Below are positions 14,134 through 27,515 of a stretch of 64,000 nucleotides of DNA, one piece after another (within the stretch, counting starts at the first letter, position 1; every line of letters starts with the position of its first letter). The DNA comes from Eukaryota sp. GEM-RC1. Taxonomy: Eukaryota. The DNA lies in the NCBI GenBank assembly GCA_040285855.1, contig JAUFOQ010000001.1:2852001-2916000 (forward strand), written 5' to 3'. The notes under the pieces are model-generated. The model worked only from the letters and a program-made list of their open reading frames with translations. It was not told the DNA's origin and did no database searches. The translations under genes were made by a program, and so were the position numbers.

Positions 14134-15504
14134 CCTCAGTAAAACAAGCAATAATTTTGTTACCATTAATTCATGATACTCAGAATTTTTGGTGAAGTTC
14201 TGAGTGGAAGAAATTCCTTCTTCCACCGAATAGAACTACAGAATACGGTACATTACAAAATGAAAAACTTCTTGAAACAATTTGTGGTCTTTCCACTTGA
14301 ATAACAATCATGAATTTTTCAAAATGAATTCTGCGTGTCAATTGATATCATTTTCACCTTCGCATGGGTCTGTTTCTAGTTCAGTTGATGATGAACTGTT
14401 TCCTATGTGTCGTATTGGTGTAGCTTAGTATAGTTGTACCTTGAGTAATGTTGGTCCAAATACGAAGGTGCTGTATTCCATCGTTATGTTTCAATTGTAC
14501 TCAAAACAGTATCCGTAGATCATCTAGAACAGTAAGAAAGTCTATACAAAGCTTTTACACAATTGATCCCAAACTTTCTTCCTCGCGTACATCAAGTTCT
14601 AGCTTACTTTGAACCACTCCGATGAATTTTGGGGAATGGAAACCAGCTCCATTTGCATGTTCTTGTATCACAGTATCATAATCTTGCTGATGTGACTGAT
14701 CATCCCATGGAAGTGTTATGTTAATATGAGTACGAAAAACATCCGTTTATTCGTTAAGTCAAACATATTCATCATCTTCAAGCAAGCCAATACACTACTT
14801 GGGTTACTCTGATAACATTGAGGCCGAAAGTGCTGGCGAAGGACCCCGTCTTCCTTCATATCAGTCTGTAATCTTCATAATCTTCTGGATTGACAAGACG
14901 GACAGAACTACAAATCTTACGAATGACAGATGTACAGAAAACCATAGCTCCAAAAGTAACACATATTTAAAAGAAATGGGGGCGTTGAGAGAGACTTCTC
15001 TGTTACGAGAGGTGTTGTGTGAGACCTATTGAGAGAGATGTGCAAATAGCGTCACCGGGAAGGGAAGACGTATCACTGTTGTTTGTTTGAGGATGTTGGT
15101 TGAGAGGTTCATGATAGATTGGTTTCTCATCTGATACGGCTTTTAATCTGCTTTGTGGCTTCATTTAGACTGTTGTCTTTACAAATAGGGGATATTCGTG
15201 CATTTACATCCTTCTGCTGATGAACTAGCCAATCATGTGCAGATGGACCTTTCTTTGATCATGGCACACTGCTCCCTTGTATTGACGATTTCCCAACTGT
15301 TTCTCAATAGAAAAACTCTCTTAAAAAACTAAGTTTCCTTGCTGAATTCACCTTCTGACAGTCTTCTTCAATTTGTATGATTGTTCTGTTGACTATTGCG
15401 TGGACCAGACCCGTCTCTTGTGTGACTGATGCACATCATAGTTAGCTATAGTCTTTATGGAAAATAAACTGTCGTCGTAATCTGTTCCTGGAACACGGAC
15501 CATT

Positions 15505-15575
15505 CTCCCGATATACTGCCACCCTCGATATAAGGTCTGCCAATAGGGCGGCACTATATTGAGGGTAGACGGTAT
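15505..15575. mobile_element. Right terminal inverted repeat of a pogo/Tc1-like element
   Basis: The reverse complement TA-CCGTCTACCCTCAATATAGTGCCGCCC matches the left-end sequence TA-CAGTCTACCTTCGATATAGTGCCACCC at ~16159. Confidence 0.5.
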
Positions 15576-16158
15576 CTCAATGAAATCTAAAACTGTTAGA
15601 TTTAAATATACAGATGCATCTTTGGGTATCATATACAAATCAACAACATATATTCCCATCGAAACTGTATTAGTTGTTTATTAAGGTACTCATCAATTAC
15701 CTTTCCTTAGTTGATTTTCGTTTTTTTAATAAATATTTTCCTAAAACAAGTTTGTTTTCTGACTTCTAACATGCTAGTGAGTTAACTTAAAAAAACAACT
15801 TTTTCTTTTTCTCCAAAAAAATTAATTTTTTTGAATTATTCTAAAAACTACAATGTTCATTAATAATTTTTACAAAAATGCTGTCAAAATTTCAAATCGT
15901 AAAGTCGTCTCTAAATTTGAAACGTATCGATTCTGAACGGAATTTTTCCACTAGTCGTAAAACGATACGTTTCAAATTTAAGGAAGTTATAACAATAAAT
16001 GAAATATCCTACATTATACAGAAAAATATATTGATTCAAATGATGTTTATGACATCAATCAAAATTGATTGAATTAATGTTGAAAACTTTCTGAAAAGCA
16101 ATAATTTCAACTATATAAAAATCATTGTAATACCTCAGTAGAACGTTCTTAATCACTA

Positions 16159-16230
16159 TACAGTCTACCTTCGATATAGTGCCACCCTCGATATAAGGTC
16201 ACTTTTCACAACAAATTTCCCTGACACGAC
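16159..16230 (+). mobile_element. Left terminal inverted repeat of the same pogo/Tc1-like family, just upstream of truncated BTB copy 2
   Basis: TA-CAGT start and an internal repeated CTCGATATA motif. Confidence 0.5.
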
Positions 16231-16269
16231 TTTTCCATTCTCATGTTCTTGTCGTTTACACCATAAACA

Positions 16270-17751
16270 AACCTTCCCTATGCAATCAAACCATCACATT
16301 TGGAGAAGAGTCTACAGCATTGATGTGAACAAGTTCATCCTTGCTGCTCATTCTACCTACTTCCGGTCTCTTTGGTTCTTGGAGTTTGGTGATAGAGACG
16401 AAAACCCAATCGACTTCTCACATCTCCCTTTTGACTCTAACCACTTTCTTGCCTTCATCAAGTCCTTCTTCGGACAATCATTCATCCTCGACGAGAACAT
16501 TGCCTATGACTTTTACTACCTCGTCCACTACTTCCAAGTGGACAAACTGATCGTACAAGTTGAAAACCACCTCAACACTAATCTCGTGACCTGGGCTTGG
16601 TTAAAACCATTCATTAAAGAAGCAGATGAAAGAAATGACTTGAGAGCTCTGGAATTCGTTGGTCCTTTCTTTTCTAAGATTGACGACATTATGATTGATG
16701 ACGTGATGGCAATCACTACTGAAGGGTTAAAAACTCTTTGCAAATACTGTACTTCCACTCAATCTCAATCTTGGTTCATCAAATCAATGGTGACATCAAT
16801 TTTAAATCAAAGTTTTGATTTGAATGAGTTTTTAAATGTTTTAAATTCGTGCTCAATTGAAGCCTTTTCATTTCAACAATGGGATGAGTTTCTGTTTGTT
16901 CCTTTAAAAGATGTTGAAGAATTGGAAGCCGATTTGATGAAGTTTTTGTTTACAAGAGTTAAGAATCTTTATTTTGATTCTTTGGTGAAGGAAAATTCTG
17001 AGTTGAACTAGAACTCTGAATTAACTACCAAAAATTCGGATTTAGAAACTAACAATTCTGACTTAAACACACTAACTACTGATTTAACAACGGAAATTCA
17101 TGATTTGAAGACAACAATTTCTGAGTTAGAAACAAACAATGCTGGTTTAACAACTGATATTCAGAATTTAACTGCTACAAACTCTAACGAAATTGCTAAA
17201 CTACATCAAGAAATTGAACAGCTTAAAAAGACAACTACAGAAACTCAACTGGTGTCTCAATCAGTTCCTCAATCAAAAGTGATTAGATTTTCCCCAACTA
17301 AGAAACATTCTCAGTTACAAGTTAGTGGGGATAGAAAGGGACTTGTTGTTGGAAGTGGTGGTAGTTGGTGTAGAAATATCTTGGGAGAAGATCCACTTCT
17401 TCCAGGTAATGAGTATACTTGGAAGTTGAGGTACCAGGGGGTACTAATAGTCTTATTGTTGGAGTCATTGACGAGTCAAAGTTTAGAGTTGGTGGCTATA
17501 TCGTTGGGAGTGCTCACTGTTTCCACAATGGTGATTCTGTTTTTGGTTGTCTCTCAGGAAACAAAACTCAGTGGAATCCTGGTCATTTAATCGAAATCAA
17601 TGTAAATCTCATCAATCACACTTTAACAATCAAATCTGTGAGTAATTCTTCAATTAATCTTACTGGAACTCTTCCCAGTTTAAGTAGTGGTAATTATTAT
17701 CCATATGCTTTTATGTATCATAGTGATCATGTACTTGAAATTGTTGAATAA
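16270..17751 (+). pseudogene. BTB - coiled coil - SPRY protein, copy 2 (5' truncated, TAG at 17009, frameshift in a G-run ~17437)
   Basis: ORFs 16280-17011, 17105-17590 and 17419-17751 together are colinear with copy 3. Confidence 0.85.
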
Positions 17752-19409
17752 AGTTGATATCATTTTGCGTAAGTCTCATCTTTTGAATCATTGTCTCAAA
17801 TTAATATATTTGATATCAATCATGATGGGTAATAGAAAAGAGAAAAGTTCATTTATTAAAGAATTTGGTCTTCAAACACCAAAAACTATTGCTCTTTAGG
17901 GTTCTGATAGTGTGATTAATGTTCATTACCGTGATGCCATTCGTGCATATAACTTTTGATTTATTTTTGGCTGTTATAGGAGTGGTAGTCTTTTTCTTGG
18001 GAAGTAGAAAATGTACTTAAGATTGCATTTCTTTAGGTCCAAAATATAGACATTCAAAATGTTTTAAAGGCGTCATTTGAGTTTCGTAAGAGAAAATTTC
18101 AATGAAATCAAAGTATTTTCTAATATTTCGCAAACAATGATTGAGAAACATGTTTGCCAAAGATCAGAAATTAAAAGGGTTAATTCCATGATTCCTGGTT
18201 ATTATGTCAGTAAGATATAGATATTTCCAAATCAGGATGCTTGTTAGTTGTAGAGGCGTTCTACTTTTCACTGTGTCCTAATGTGAATAAACGTGGTCAG
18301 GGTTTTAAAACATACATATTCCTATATTGACATATTGTGAAATACAATCCGACACCATGTAAGAGAATCAGCAGGGATTAAAAGTAAGTTATTGGAACTG
18401 TTGGTTGTGAGAAAAACAGTCTTCATTGAAAATTGAACTGTTTAAAATCTCCCTGAGTTGTTTACTCTAGACTCAGTTTGAATTTTTCCCAACTGCAATT
18501 TATTAGCATTCATATTTATTGTCCAAAGTTCTTTGTACCAATAAATTTAATGTAAATACAAGAACACTGCAGTATATTTCAACGTTTCTACTATACATAT
18601 GTCATTCATATCCAAACAACTCTGAAAATCGATATCGACATATATTCAATAGAAAGCAGCAATGAGCTGTTCTAAGGATACGGAGTTGTTTCAAAATGTC
18701 ATATGAAATCATCGAGGCGTTGAATTTATCAAATTTCATAAATATGTTTCTTTATAAAAAGTTTGTGTGGGCCAGTTTTTAACTGTCGCTAATCCCTCAT
18801 TTCCTGCATGTTCTGGAGTAGAGGGCCAGGTAGCATATTACTGCAACACTTATCCTCATCTTATCTTAGATGATGGTACTACCAATCGGATTATATGCAA
18901 CCATCCTAGCTCATAGTACTGTTGCTTATACAAGTAAAGTGCTGTTAGACAGTGTATGCCCTTTCGACTTTAAGAATAAAAATCAGTATAATGTTAAGAA
19001 GAGGCGTCGAGCATTCAGAGGAACATGGAGAGAGAAACTGAACTTTTGTGTAATCAACTTGGTCAATAGATCATCTCGATCGTGTATACGAATGGATCCG
19101 TTACAGAGGTAGAAGAAAACTTGCTCTTGATACACAACATTTGAATGTTTTAGATCCAAGAGCTATCAGAGGTAAGTGATAGTCTTTATACACACATGTA
19201 TTGAAAGCCGCACAAAGACAACTATACATATATGGTGAATTTGGCGACGGTATTGAGTTTCTTAGCTGTATAAAATAGTGTCATATGTTGCGATATCTAT
19301 TGCAAGTTTCTGAATCTGCAATAAATTTATTGCAATTAAATTTTACTTTAAGTTTTTTTGACCTTACCTCAGAGTCTGTACGTTAAAGAACGAACATGCT
19401 TTATTACGA

Positions 19410-20200
19410 ATGAAATTAACTGAGCTCTTATCTATTCAGTCTGTATGCTATACAACGGACGGTTGGACCTCACCAAATAATACCCCCTTTATTTCTCTTA
19501 CTGCTCATTTCATGACTTCTAAATTTCAACTTGTGAATGTTTTAACCGATTTACGTCCTTTTGGACATCCACACAATGAAGAAAGACTGCCGGGTGTATT
19601 ACTATGATGCTTAATGACGTTAATGCGAAAAGAGATCATTCGTTCACGGTTGACAATGCTCCCACCTTACACGCTGCATTGAACAGAATCAATTATGATC
19701 TGAACTGGGTAAAGGTTGTATTCTTGAGATGATATGCTTTGCACACATCCTAAATATTGTTGTCCAAGTTGGACTTCTTCACGTAGAAAACACCTGTGCA
19801 AAAATTCGGAAACTTGCTCAAACCTTGGCAGGCTCAACACAACTTACCCAAGAATTCCGTGATTGTTTCGAAGACCTAAATATTCGTTCAATTAGAAGAG
19901 ATGTGAAAACTCGATGGAATAGTGCATATTTTATGCTTTGTACTTATCTCAAACGGTTACAAGCGATCAACCTGTTTTTTGCAACAACCGAAAATGAAGA
20001 TATTTCCGAATAACAACTTACGTCTCAAGAACTTGCCAATGTTCGCTGTTTGTGTGATATTTTGAAAGTATTTTATAACGCACCAAATACTGTTTCGTAC
20101 TCAACATGTTCAGTTGGACCGGGCGTAGTAATGTTCGCCGAAATAGAAAGGCATTTAATATTCAAGAGAACAATAAGCGACACAGACCATGGGTGTTGCG
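19410..20200 (+). pseudogene. hAT transposase fragment, duplicate of 9943-10752
   Basis: Near-identical DNA with added frameshifts and stops. Confidence 0.9.
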
Positions 20201-21931
20201 GATGAATTGTTGAAACAAAGAAACGATAAGTAAGTGCACCCAAAACCATCCATGGAGAGTTTCTAGATCGATACTACAAAATGCTGGAGTTTACTTTGCT
20301 CATGTTGTTACCGTATCCACAATGACAAGGGATATCAAGGACCGAACCATTGTGGACAGTTGACGAATGCTGTCACAAATTGATCAAAGAAGGATAGTGA
20401 AGTATTACTCAGAAGATTAGTTAGAAAAGATTCATACAAACGTTCAATTTGAGATGGTAGATATCTTATCTTTTGGCACTGACTCGAGAAACCATTGAAT
20501 ATGGTTTGCCTTGTTTCAATTAAACAAATATACAACCACAATGTCCATCTTTTGAATACTCCGGACCATAACAGTCACGGTCTCAATCAATTGTTGCTAC
20601 ATCCAAGAACAAGAAAGAAAAGGCAGTGAAGCATTAGCTATGATGACGTATGACATAGTTTTATAGTTCATATTATGGTATAAACTACTTTTCCCCAATA
20701 CAATCGTGCCCAAACCAACAATGAATTCATTATGGCAGCAATGAATTCGATTTTTATTTTTTGCAAAAATGAAACGATACACAAGATCGGTTTTTAGCTT
20801 ATTCACTTTGTCCTCCGACACAATTCAGAACTGAAGGAAAGGAATTTTGCAATACTACGTTGAGAAGTAAGAGTTATTCTGGCTGACGTGATCAAGAACA
20901 CGTGATATTGATTGAGAATCACACTGTACCGTCCAAATCACACTCAATTTTCAGGATTGACTGTGATCTTAGTGTGTCCGGCAAATGAAAGATCCATCAT
21001 AGACTTTCTTTAAAGCTACTAAACAGGTCTTTGAAATACAATCAGAAACCTACTGGATTCATTCATTAGAAATTCTTTAATGGTTTTCAATCAGCATACT
21101 TGAGAACAAGTAATTACTTGATTGAAATTAAATAATTTAAGATTATTCAATGCTGTTAGATAACAATGCTTATATATTAGTAAACGAACTTACTTCATTC
21201 ACAGAAAGATGACAGATTTAGTTTTGAAGACAGAAAAATCCAACTTTAAATCTAGGATCAAAACCAACTCACGATCAACAACTGATTAAAATTTGATTGA
21301 TAACGTACAACTTCACTAATGGTGCGTTTAATCCTGTATTCAGAACACTTTCGAATTTAATATTAGATTATTACAATAAATTAACAGAATTTCCAAAAAT
21401 TCTGGTCTCTCTTAAGGGACACTTTTACAGTAAAACCGTGTAACTGATGACTCTTGAAGCAGACCATCATTGAGATAAGCAGTGATTCTGTAAGGAAAAG
21501 CAGGGTAGAAATGCCACATTGATTGAGTTCAGTCATGTGTCATTGAGTATTGACAGAGAGGTAGCAAAGACCAAAGAAGTGGCAGGTAAGATGTTCTTTT
21601 AGGAGCTGGAAGGGTTGTTTTTGAAAGAAGAACTGATGAGACAAAGACCATGCATCTTTGAGAGATCGTAATCTCAAATACAAGGAACAGAGACCAGAAG
21701 ATGCTTTGAAGAGAGAAGGACTGAAGATTAGTAGGAAAGACTTGAAAGATTACGACAAGAGGACATTGGAAAGAAACAGGTTCACCCACAAGCATTGTAA
21801 AAAAAATGATAGAGAAAGAATGTGCAATGTACACTACTTGTAGCTGGGTTTGTGTGGAAACTGACAAATGTAAGGATTCAGAGGAGACCAGAAACGAACC
21901 ACATCATTTCTCTCCTTTTGCATTACTTCTC

Positions 21932-23464
21932 ATGTCATTCTCCCTTCCCCCAGCAGAAACTCTTTCTATTATCCTCGATGAACCTTCCCTATGCAATCAA
22001 ACCATTACATTTGGAGAAGAGTCTATTGAAGTGAACAAGTTCATCCTTGCTGCTCATTCTACCTACTTCCGGTCTCTTTGGTTCTTGGAGTTTGGTGATA
22101 GAGACGAAAACCCAATCGACTTCTCCCATCTCCCTGATGATTCTAACAACTTTCTTGCCTTCATCAAGTCCTTCTTCGGACGATCTTTCACCCTCAACGA
22201 GATCAATGCTTACGACTTCTACTATCTCGTTCACTACTTCCAAGTGGACAAACTGGTTGCACAAGTGGAAAACCACCTATACACTAGTCTCATGACCTTG
22301 GCTTGGTTAAAACCATTCATTAAAGAAGCAAATAAAAGAAATGACTTGAGAGCTCTGGAATTCGTTGGTCCTTTCTTTTCTAAGATTGACGATCTTCTGA
22401 TTGATGACGTGATGGCAATCTCTACTGAAGGGTTAAAAACTCTTTGCAAATACTGCACTTCCACTCAATCACAGTCGTGGTTTGTCAAATCAATGGTGGA
22501 ATCAATACTGAATCAAAGTTTTGATTTGAATGAATTTTTACATGTTCTAACTTCTTGTTCAATTGAAGCATTTTCTTTTCAACAATGGGATGAGTTTCTG
22601 TTTGTTCCTTTAAAAGATGTTGAAGAATTGGAAGCCGATTTGATGAAGTTTTTGTTTACAAGAGTTAAGAATCTTTATTTTGACGCTTTGGTTAAGGAAA
22701 ATTCTGAGTTGAAGGAAGATGTTTCTGATCTGAACATTCAAAATTCTGAATTAACGACCAAATGTTCGAATTTAGAAAGCAACAATTCTGACTTAAACAC
22801 ACTTACTACTGATTTAACAACGGAAAATCATGATTTGAAGATAGAAAACTCTAGTTTAAAAACTGATATTCAGAATATAATTGCTACAAACTCTAACGAA
22901 ATTGCTAAACTAAAACAAGAAAATGAACAACTTAAAAAGACAGCGGCAGAAACTCAAGTGGTGTCTCAATCAGTTCCTCAATCAAAAGTGATTAGATTCT
23001 GCCCAACTAAGAAACATTCTGAGTTACAAGTTAGTGTGGATAGAAAGAGAGTTGTTGTTGGAAGTGGTGGTAATGGGTGGAGAAATATCTTGGGAGAAGA
23101 TCCACTTCTTCCAGGTAATGAGTATACTTGGAAGTTGAGGTACCAGGGGGATACTCGTTGGCTTATTGTTGGAGTAATTGACGAGTCAAAGTTTAGAGTT
23201 GATGGTCATTGTTTTCAGAATGCTCACTGTTTCCGCAATCATGGTAATTATGTTTATGGCTGTCTCTCAGGAAACAAAACTCAGTGGAATCCTGGTGAAT
23301 TACTCGAAATCAGTGTAAATCTAATTAATTTCACTCTAACAATCAAATCAGTGGGTAATTCTTCAATTAATCTTACTGGAACTCTTCCCCAATTAAGTAG
23401 CGGTAATTATTTTCCATATGGTTTATTGTATCATAGTGATCATGTACTTGAAATCGTTGAATAA
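21932..23464 (+). CDS. BTB - heptad coiled coil - SPRY/B30.2-like protein, copy 3 (intact, 510 aa)
   Basis: Uninterrupted ORF from MSFSLPPAET. N-terminal BTB, BACK-like helical region, heptad repeats and C-terminal SPRY-like beta domain. Confidence 0.9.
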   Translation: MSFSLPPAETLSIILDEPSLCNQTITFGEESIEVNKFILAAHSTYFRSLWFLEFGDRDENPIDFSHLPDDSNNFLAFIKSFFGRSFTLNEINAYDFYYLVHYFQVDKLVAQVENHLYTSLMTLAWLKPFIKEANKRNDLRALEFVGPFFSKIDDLLIDDVMAISTEGLKTLCKYCTSTQSQSWFVKSMVESILNQSFDLNEFLHVLTSCSIEAFSFQQWDEFLFVPLKDVEELEADLMKFLFTRVKNLYFDALVKENSELKEDVSDLNIQNSELTTKCSNLESNNSDLNTLTTDLTTENHDLKIENSSLKTDIQNIIATNSNEIAKLKQENEQLKKTAAETQVVSQSVPQSKVIRFCPTKKHSELQVSVDRKRVVVGSGGNGWRNILGEDPLLPGNEYTWKLRYQGDTRWLIVGVIDESKFRVDGHCFQNAHCFRNHGNYVYGCLSGNKTQWNPGELLEISVNLINFTLTIKSVGNSSINLTGTLPQLSSGNYFPYGLLYHSDHVLEIVE

Positions 23465-24233
23465 AGTTGATATCATTTTGCGTAAGTCTCATGTTTCGAA
23501 TCATTGTCTCAAATTACATTATTTGATGTCAACCATGAGGAGTAATAGAAAATAGAAAAGTTCATTTATTAAAGAACTTGGTCGTCAAACACCAAAAACT
23601 ATTACTCTTTAGGGTTCTGATAGTGTGATTAATTGAATGTCAATCACCGTGATTCCATTCGTGCATAAAACTTTTGATTTATTTTTGGTTGTTATTAGAG
23701 TGGTAGTTTTTTGGAAGTAGAAACTGTACTTAGGATTGTATTTCTTTAGGTCCAAAATAAAGACATTCAAAATGTTTTAAAGGTGTCACTGGAGTTTCGT
23801 AAGAGAAAATTTGAATGAAATCACACTGTTTTCTAATATTTCGCAAACACTGATTGGGAAACAGGTTTGCCAAAGATCAGAAATTAAAAAGGTCAATTTG
23901 ATGATTCCTGGTTATTATGTCAGTAAAATATAGCTATTTCCAAATCCGGATGCTTGTTAGTTGTAGAGACGTTCTACTTTTCAGTGTTTCCCAATATGAA
24001 TCAATGTGGTCAGGGTTTTAAAACATAGCGGATAGCATAGGCTCTTCCTCATTCTTAGATAGGTATTGGGTATTTCTATAGGTATAGGTATTGGGAAGAA
24101 TGGTGTTCTAAAGAGACAACCGCCATACGTGTTCAAAATGAAGGACCAATGAACAACGTGAGTTATGGAATATATCACCATTGGACACCATGCTTGTATC
24201 TACGAAGTTGTTTACTGATTGACAGATTAAAAA

Positions 24234-24352
24234 CGCGACGACATGGAATCGAACCACGGTCATTACGAGAGAATTTATGCTTGCCAGCTTCATACTGAGG
24301 CTGACCAGAGGAAATTTTAGATTGTAACATTCTCCCACTGAACTACCGTCGC
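24234..24352 (-). ncRNA. tRNA-like gene with a 55-nt anticodon-loop region (canonical 37/38 splicing would give anticodon CUA)
   Basis: GCGACGG/TCGTCGC acceptor stem plus G73, D arm GTTC-AGTGGGA-GAAT, TTAC/GTAA stem, T arm CGTGG-TTCGATT-CCATG, followed by T5. Confidence 0.8.
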
Positions 24353-24739
24353 TTTAACAATGAAGTGATAAGATAAAAAATAAGAAATAACCTTCTGAGG
24401 AGAAATTATACTTTAAACCGAATTCTTTTATCACAACTAGTAGTTACCGTTATAGAATCATCATTATATCATTGGCCATTGCATTTGGCTGCATATATAA
24501 TGTTTCATCATTCAAATTGGCTCTATGGGGAAAGTGTCAAAGACTGTCTGCTTTGAGTTTGTCCTGAATAGCAAGGGCAGAGAGAAACCCATGGGATGTG
24601 TAATTGAGAAACAACATCACGTATGAGAGAAGCATTGGTTCTGCGTTGAAAACTGTAATCACCTTACCTTTAGAGATGGAGAACACAATTCGACTGTTCG
24701 GTACAATCTGAGATCGAACATGCTGGTTCTGAAATGAAA

Positions 24740-25050
24740 ACTATTCCACAAAACTTAAACATACAATAAAATTAATCCCTTACGCAATCATGAACCCTAC
24801 TTCTAAAAGAAATAAAACTGTTACAATTCAACAAATGTGTATGTGTTACAGATTGCCCACACTGGCATTTCAAATTATATGGAAGGTTATCAGGCCAATT
24901 AAATGACCGTAAACTCCTGTTTAACGACCAAGAGTTGTCATCAAGAAAAAAATCGTAGGCATGAGGGATTTGCGTAATCAGACATGAAACAGAATTGTGA
25001 TAAACATCCATCAGACGTTTTGCAAAATCAGAATTTTTGTGTAAGTCAAC
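24740..25050 (-). mobile_element. Non-LTR retrotransposon fragment (CCHC knuckle and RHD-like motif)
   Basis: LKCQCGQSVTHTHLLNC..FRSRVHDCVRD. Confidence 0.65.
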
Positions 25051-25269
25051 TAATCCCTTAGTAGTACTAACGAAAGTACAGATTTGTCAGCAGGTGAAAA
25101 TGTCTCTTTGCTCTTGATGTGCCCACCGTTTCACAGGGATTAGACATTGTAGCGATCTTGTAGACGTTGCCAAATTGATACGGTGAGTCTGTTATTGTGG
25201 TACTTAAACCTAGATCATAAATCAATTAAAACCGTAGAAGTTATTTATTATTATTATTTAGGAAAACGA

Positions 25270-26034
25270 TAAAAAGGTGAAAAAAATGGTTAACTAGGTG
25301 AAAATTCTACCCGCAATAACTTAACATCTCGAAAACATACAACAATTACTGTATCGATGTCTGATGAATCTTACGAGGTCCCTTGGCCTCTAGAAGAAGA
25401 TAAGCACTCATTCCCAACTTTGGGGAGTGACAGAGAAGATGTAATGAATATGCTGCACAACATGGTTTCTCTCTCGCTTCAGAATACGCCCGTCGTCAAG
25501 GAGAATGAGGAACTGCTACGGCTAAGAACTTAACCCATATTCCCGCTCCAATTAAGGACCTCTAACTTGCTGATGCGTCGCTGCTTTTTTCCAGAACAGA
25601 CCCTTGGACAATTGTATATCAACAAGAAAATGTTTACTGCTTTTCTTAAACTCTCTGCAGAAAAGAACTCAGACAAACAGCTCCTATTGACCTCAAGCCA
25701 ACTTTCCGATGTAAAATGGAAGTTGAACCATACGTGGATCTAAGAGTGTTGTTCACTATATAATCGAGAGGTGTAGTTATGACATTTTGCCGAAGTACGA
25801 TGACGAGAACAGTGTTACTGATTTATTGATTACAAAGAGTCGATGAATATGTTTACAATGCATCCAAGCATTGCTAGTGATGCGCAGAGTTTAAAAGCGA
25901 ATGTTCATGTATAGGTTAGCAAATAGTGTTCACTTTCACCTAGTTAGTTTTATTTTCACCTGATTAGTAAAATGAAATTTGCTCAATCATTTTTCACCTA
26001 GATAGAAAAAATTTTCACCTATTTAACCCGTCCC
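25270..26034 (+). mobile_element. Internally deleted MULE derivative with subterminal AGGTGAA/TTCACCT repeats
   Basis: AGGTGAA motifs on the left and inverted TTCACCT motifs on the right, ending ...TTAACCCGTCCC. 25850-25910 is similar to the MULE C-terminus at 13170-13240. Confidence 0.55.
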
Positions 26035-26389
26035 TATTATTTATTTCCACAATACTACCACAAATCGAACAATCAACTGGAACTATAACAGCTTGAAGAT
26101 TAGGCAATGATTGAACATAGATTCGTTAGTGGAATATAAGCCTAATTTATGTTTTTCACATGGTTTCTAAGAGGTCACAACATTTTAAGGGCATACTATT
26201 TGACATAAGTTACCTAAGTTAGATCACATAGATCTAATGTTGTGCCATTAATAATGGTTTGACTGGAATCAATAAAGAGACCTTGTAAGTTTTCTCGACG
26301 AGAATGATTTATTAAATCAAGACCGAACTTACTGAAAAGCAGTTCTACTTTGAAATGAAATCCATGAGATTCATAACAAAGTCGAAATC

Positions 26390-27515
26390 ATGTATGCATG
26401 GTTAGAGCTCTTTATTGATGGCCAAAGATCCTTCTTGTTTGTTGACGATGAACTAAAGAAACACTTATTGCTCTCCCCTATTTCAAAACCCTCGTTGAGA
26501 AAGTACTTTAAACTGGTATACACACAGAGACTGTTGAAGCTGTCAAATTCATATTTCCAAACAAATTTGGATTAGTCTTTGATGGCTGGTCTGATGGCTC
26601 AAGCATTCAAGATTAAGTATGTGTGTTGGCTGTTAATCCGGGCATGAAAACTCCATTGTTACTGGCTTTCGTTCGATTTGAAATTGACGAAATTTTTACT
26701 CCTTCAAATCCTTAATCTTTGACCTTTTTAACGATGAAGTATCAAGGACCTTGCCTTCTCCAGCTGATAACCGTAAGTTACGGACTCTTTATGAAGCGTT
26801 GAAAGAAGTACAACACATTACGAAGCATTTGCAAACTTAAAATTTAACATTGGCTCAAGCAGAGGCTGTATATGAAGAGTTCCATTCAGAGTTCCCTGAC
26901 ATGACCCTGTATACTTCTTACCCTAGTTCCAAGATGCACTCACCTTACTTTGAAACAGCCGTAATGCAGATTCAGAAGGATCGAGAATTGGTTCTCGGTG
27001 AAGATGAAAAGGCCTCTGTCAGTTGCTTCAAGGAAGTGAAACCAAGTAGACCGCTGAACACTGATGGTATGTATTTTGAGGAGAAAATGAAATTACAGGA
27101 ATTGGAACGCTTAGCAACGGGACAGTACATTGATTTACAATTTATACCAGCAACTAGCAATGATATTGAGCGCTTTTTCAGCAAGGCAAAGAACACTCTC
27201 TCTGATGGTCCGAACTTAACATCACATTGTTTCAAAATGTAGCTATAACTGTACTACAACAAGCAGTGTTGGAATCAACAGACAGTAATGTGTGTAATAA
27301 CTCCAAAAGCAGAAAGTGAAGTTGTTATTAACGTAGAAGACAGAGATTCAGACTAATGATTGTGTTTAATAATCAATAATTATTGTATGGTTTTTATTGT
27401 GTTTTCTCACAATATACCTACAATACAATACAATATTTGATTGGACATTATAGTCATTGTTCGATCAAACAATAAACAATACAATAAATTAATATATTTT
27501 GTCGTTGCTGGTCTA
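26390..27515 (+). mobile_element. hAT transposase remnant of a second family, with its 3' terminus
   Basis: LVFDGWSDG and PATSNDIERFFSKAK (dimerisation domain), followed by CAATA-rich subterminal repeats. Confidence 0.8.

Noticed and set aside
14380..15660. Minus-strand coding remnant
   Set aside because: Multiple stops; no family could be assigned.
2641..17011. In-frame stops in BTB copies as evidence of genetic-code reassignment
   Set aside because: The stops are copy-specific mutations, and conserved genes end in TAA, TAG and TGA.
21420..21870. Divergent gene upstream of each BTB copy
   Set aside because: It looks coding on the minus strand but has stops or frameshifts in all copies and no recognisable motif.
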